In this document: positions 60,675-64,000 of the stretch, one piece after another
How the letters are laid out: each line of letters opens with the position of its first letter
Numbering within the stretch: position 1 is the first letter of the stretch
NCBI GenBank assembly: GCA_002104905.1
Contig: MCFE01000305.1
Span: 35,064-99,063 of the forward strand
Direction: 5' to 3'
Source of the DNA: Basidiobolus meristosporus CBS 931.73
Lineage: Eukaryota; Fungi; Basidiobolomycota
Length of the DNA stretch: 64,000 bases
Program-made: the position numbers and the translations under genes
Notes under the pieces: generated by a model
The model's database searches: none
What the model was told of the DNA's origin: nothing
Seen by the model: only the letters and a program-made list of their open reading frames with translations

Positions 60675-63600
60675 TTAGGGGGGGGAGGGAAAGTCACCAA
60701 GTTGGTGAAATCTTTATTTGAGTTAAGAACTAATCTAGGTACAAATAAAGAAGCCAATTAAGAGGTCTAGAACCTCTCTAATAAATAATCTAATTTATGT
60801 TTTGTTTCATCTCTAATGTTTGTTTCAATAAAGTAAAGCTCATCAGGGGTAAATATAAAATTCAGGAGTTTTGGGGGAAGTACAAATTGTAGATGTTTCT
60901 GATCAATATAATCCAAGACTGGAACCCAGCCTGGGATTAGGTGTAGTAGGAAAGGTGTGTGGACTTGTAAGTAGCTCTGCCACATAGATCTTAGATGGTC
61001 CTGAGCCAGTAGTCTTGGTTTCTCAGCTTTTTGAAGTTTTGAAGCAAGCTCTGTTACTACAGCAGTGCCAACCAGGGTGTGCCAGCAAGAAGATTTCAGG
61101 GAGGAGTTAGATTGAAGCCATTGTTTGATGGAGGGGTTATGTGATTTCTGAAGTTTGACTAGGAAGGAAGCACGGAGATAGACCATTCGGATTTGGTTTG
61201 GGTAGAAGCCAAAGGCTCCATTTGTTGCATGGATATAGGGAGATACTGGGAGATAAGGTACCAAGGATCTGATACACTGATGGAGAAATTTATCCAGGCG
61301 GTGAAGTTCTCTGGAGGTTAGGGGTATAATGTGGAGACCAAACTCAAGTACCGGCAGTACATACTGCTTCAGAAGTATAGGGATCTTTTGAATTGGAGTG
61401 TCTGGAGTGACTACTACCAGAAGCTTTTTGAGAGCCTGTTGAGCAAGACGGATCCTATTATTCAGGTGGAGCTTTGAGTCAATCCCATGTTGACAAAACG
61501 GCAGACCTAGATATATTGCAGTTTGTTGTGGCAGAATGCTAGTGTTCTGTATAGTTGTAGTGCATCCAATTGGGACTGTCTTGGAAATTGAGAGTGAGAG
61601 GTTGTTGGCAGCCAAGTACTTCTCAATGATGGCAGTGTCTGCTATGGGATTAGGAGTAGCAATCTTGATATCATCCGCATAGAGAGTTAGTAGTGGATAG
61701 GGAGAGTCTGGTGAGGGGCCTTTTGGAAATAAAGGAAAGTCATGTAGGAATATCACAAATAGTAAGGGACCTAGTACAGATCCTTGGACTACTCCATTTG
61801 GAACCTCATAAGTCTCTGATGTACAACTTGGATGCAAAATTTTGGCTGAGTTCTCACAAAATAGAGAACGTACAAGAAGGGTCATTGGTAGTGTGGTAAC
61901 TGCTAATAGCTTTCTCCAAAGCAGAGCTCTGTCCACAGAGTCAAAGGCTTTAGTAATGTCAAACAGAATGGTTGGCAATGAGAATTGAAGTGAATGATCA
62001 TGGCTTAGCACTACAGCCATATCCAAGGAGAGTTTGGGCAAGAAGCCAAACTGAGAAGGATGGAATGGATATAGTTGAGATTGCAAGGATCTTGCAATTA
62101 TAAGCTCAAAGATTTTCCGGCAGGTTGGCAGGAGTGAAACTGGCCGGTAAGAACCTGGGAGTGAGTGTTTCCCCTTCCCTTTGTATAAGGGTATTACATT
62201 TGCCTGTGACCAGGCCTTTGGGGTAGTCAATTGTTGGGCACAGATAGAGTAGAATGGGAGAAGTAAGTGACTCATTTTGGAGTAGCACACCCGGAGTAGA
62301 TCGTAGGTAATCAAGTCATGTCCAGGTGCAGTATTTGCAGGAAGCTTCTTTAAAATTTTCTCCAGAAGCTTTGCTGAAACCAAAATTGGAGATGTTGGAC
62401 TGCTAGATATGTTACCAGTATGGTAGAAAGGAGGAGTGGGATGCACGGTTGAATCAAAGAATATAGGGGCCAGTTTGTCTGGTGATGGTATACTCCTTGC
62501 TTGGGGTCTCATGGCTTTATATACTCTTGATATGGACCTTGTGGTGGCATTCATATTTACTAAGGGCAAGGTATCCATGATATGAGCCCATAATCTAGTA
62601 TGCTCAGTGATCTGTAGTGACTTGGAGTAGGAGATTGCGCTTTCCAGGAGGTTCTGTGTTTTTGGGTTAGGGAAACATAGGTAGCTGGAATTTAAGGCAG
62701 AAATGATGGATTTCCATTTAAGTTGGTTTGCAGATGGCTTTTGGTAGGACTTGGTGGGCAGGGCCAGACAGCCAGTGATTATGATGAAATGCTGGTAAAA
62801 TAGCCATAATGCATTTATATCATCACAAATCCATGCAGGTAAGCTGGGAAATGCATATTCTGTAAGCAAGGATAGGTAGTTGGCAAAGTCCTGTGTCTGT
62901 GATACTGAAGCTTTGGCTGGCAGGATTGTAAATGGCTGAAGAAGGGTGCCAATTGGTAGGGTTTTTCTGGCAGAAATGATAATATGTATTGGCTTGTGAT
63001 CAGATTTCTCTAGTGAACCACAGCTGATATCCTCTGGAATGCTTGTAACCTGGTGGATGTACTGTAAGGCAGCTGGAGTAGCTGTTACCCAGTCAACACA
63101 ACGTTGAGCTTGCTGAGTGTTTACAGTGACCAGATGGTTTTGTCGGAGGAACTTTGTAAAGTGCTCCTCTCTAGTTCTAAGTCTGGATGAAATAGTGGTG
63201 ATATTTTCAGGGTGGGGAATATTTGTATCTCCCACTACCATACAAGGGATTGATGAGCTGTTAATGAATTCTGATGTGGCCAAGAAAATTGCCAGTGTTA
63301 TGGAGTTAGACAGAGATGGAGGGAGATAGATAATAATGGCTACTATAGTTGGAAGTGTTAGAGCATAGCAGTAATACTCATAGATGATGGATACATTTGC
63401 TGAGGGTGCAAGCTTAGAAGATGAAAGAGCAACAAGTGCCATTGAGTGAGCTGGAAATCTTGGGTGAGCAGATGAATATGCATTCAGTCTAGAGGGAAGT
63501 TTTGGCAACTTAACATCAATTAGTAGGAGCAAGGAATATTCCTTTTTCAGTAAGTTTTCTAATTCAGCTACAGTTGGAGTGATGGAGTTGCAATTGAGTA

Positions 63601-63838
63601 AGAGTATGTTTTGTAGTCAGGCAGACTCTGAGGTTGCCTGTTCCTGCTGAAACTCTTGCACTGCCCTTTGTAAATTTCCAGAATTATTCCACAACTCTTC
63701 AAATGGAGCTTGTGTAATGTCTTTCAGGATTCTAATTGCTTCCTCTTTCAAGAAGTAGGCCACATCATAGGTTGGAGCCTGTTTCTTAATGGCAGCAAAG
63801 AAAGCCATAATGGCCATGTGAGCTGGGGGCTTGTTGAA
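60675..63838 (-). mobile_element. Non-LTR retroelement (array copy D): end of ORF1 plus intact APE endonuclease-RT ORF2
   Basis: The reading frame is open from 63616 to 60767. APE motifs are ILLLNCNS, IYLPP, GDTN, VDWV and SDHKP, followed by RT motifs as in copy C. An upstream in-frame ORF ends in TGA at 63617-63619. The tail on + is TTAGGGGGGGGAGGG. Confidence 0.95.
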
Positions 63839-64000
63839 TAGGTTAGGGGGGGGAGACAGTCACCAACAGGTGAAATCTTTATTTCAGTTGAAACAAAGAA
63901 GCCAGCGCTACTGTTGTAGCTTTGATACAAGAGTGTGTAGCTGAGGGGAATTTGTAGGTAAGTTAATAAGAAGTGATGATAGTTCTTCAGTGCTCAAGAC
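63839..64000 (-). mobile_element. 3' end of a further, diverged non-LTR copy (array copy E), running off the window
   Basis: TAGGTTAGGGGGGGGAGACAGTCACCAACAGGTGAAATCTTTATTT...AAAGAAGCCA is homologous to the 3' ends of copies B-D. Confidence 0.8.

Noticed and set aside
1-64000. CRISPR arrays, rRNA or tRNA genes, prokaryotic operons
   Set aside because: None seen. The regularly recurring repeats are LTRs, LINE 3' ends or microsatellites, and the genes contain spliceosomal introns.

Overview
Eukaryotic DNA, most likely from an early-diverging (non-Dikarya) fungus. This rests on short GT-AG introns, fungal-type enzymes and retained INTS7 and UXT genes; the taxon is an inference. The window has three compartments. 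(1) About 1-23.6 kb is a CpG-depleted stack of decayed and nested retroelements: three related Ty1/Copia LTR families with a Ty5-type PBS, a Gypsy remnant with a tRNA-Lys PBS, an unclassified dispersed repeat and two copies of a small MITE. (2) About 24-46.5 kb is a CpG-rich gene island encoding a membrane protein, two tandem C2H2 zinc-finger paralogs, a DEK-C/SWIB protein, a PDK-family kinase, a Pcl-type cyclin, INTS7, UXT, a small Cys-rich secreted protein, a trypsin, a 4CL-like ligase and an SSF transporter. (3) About 47-64 kb holds more Copia debris, an ADH gene, an MFS pseudogene and then the most striking feature. This is a head-to-tail array of five minus-strand APE-RT non-LTR retroelements. 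Each starts on the + strand with a telomere-like TTAGGG seed, and each is joined to the 5'-truncated end of its left neighbour. The layout matches telomere-primed terminal retrotransposition or chromosome-end healing. Gene exon boundaries and alignments were read by eye and are approximate.
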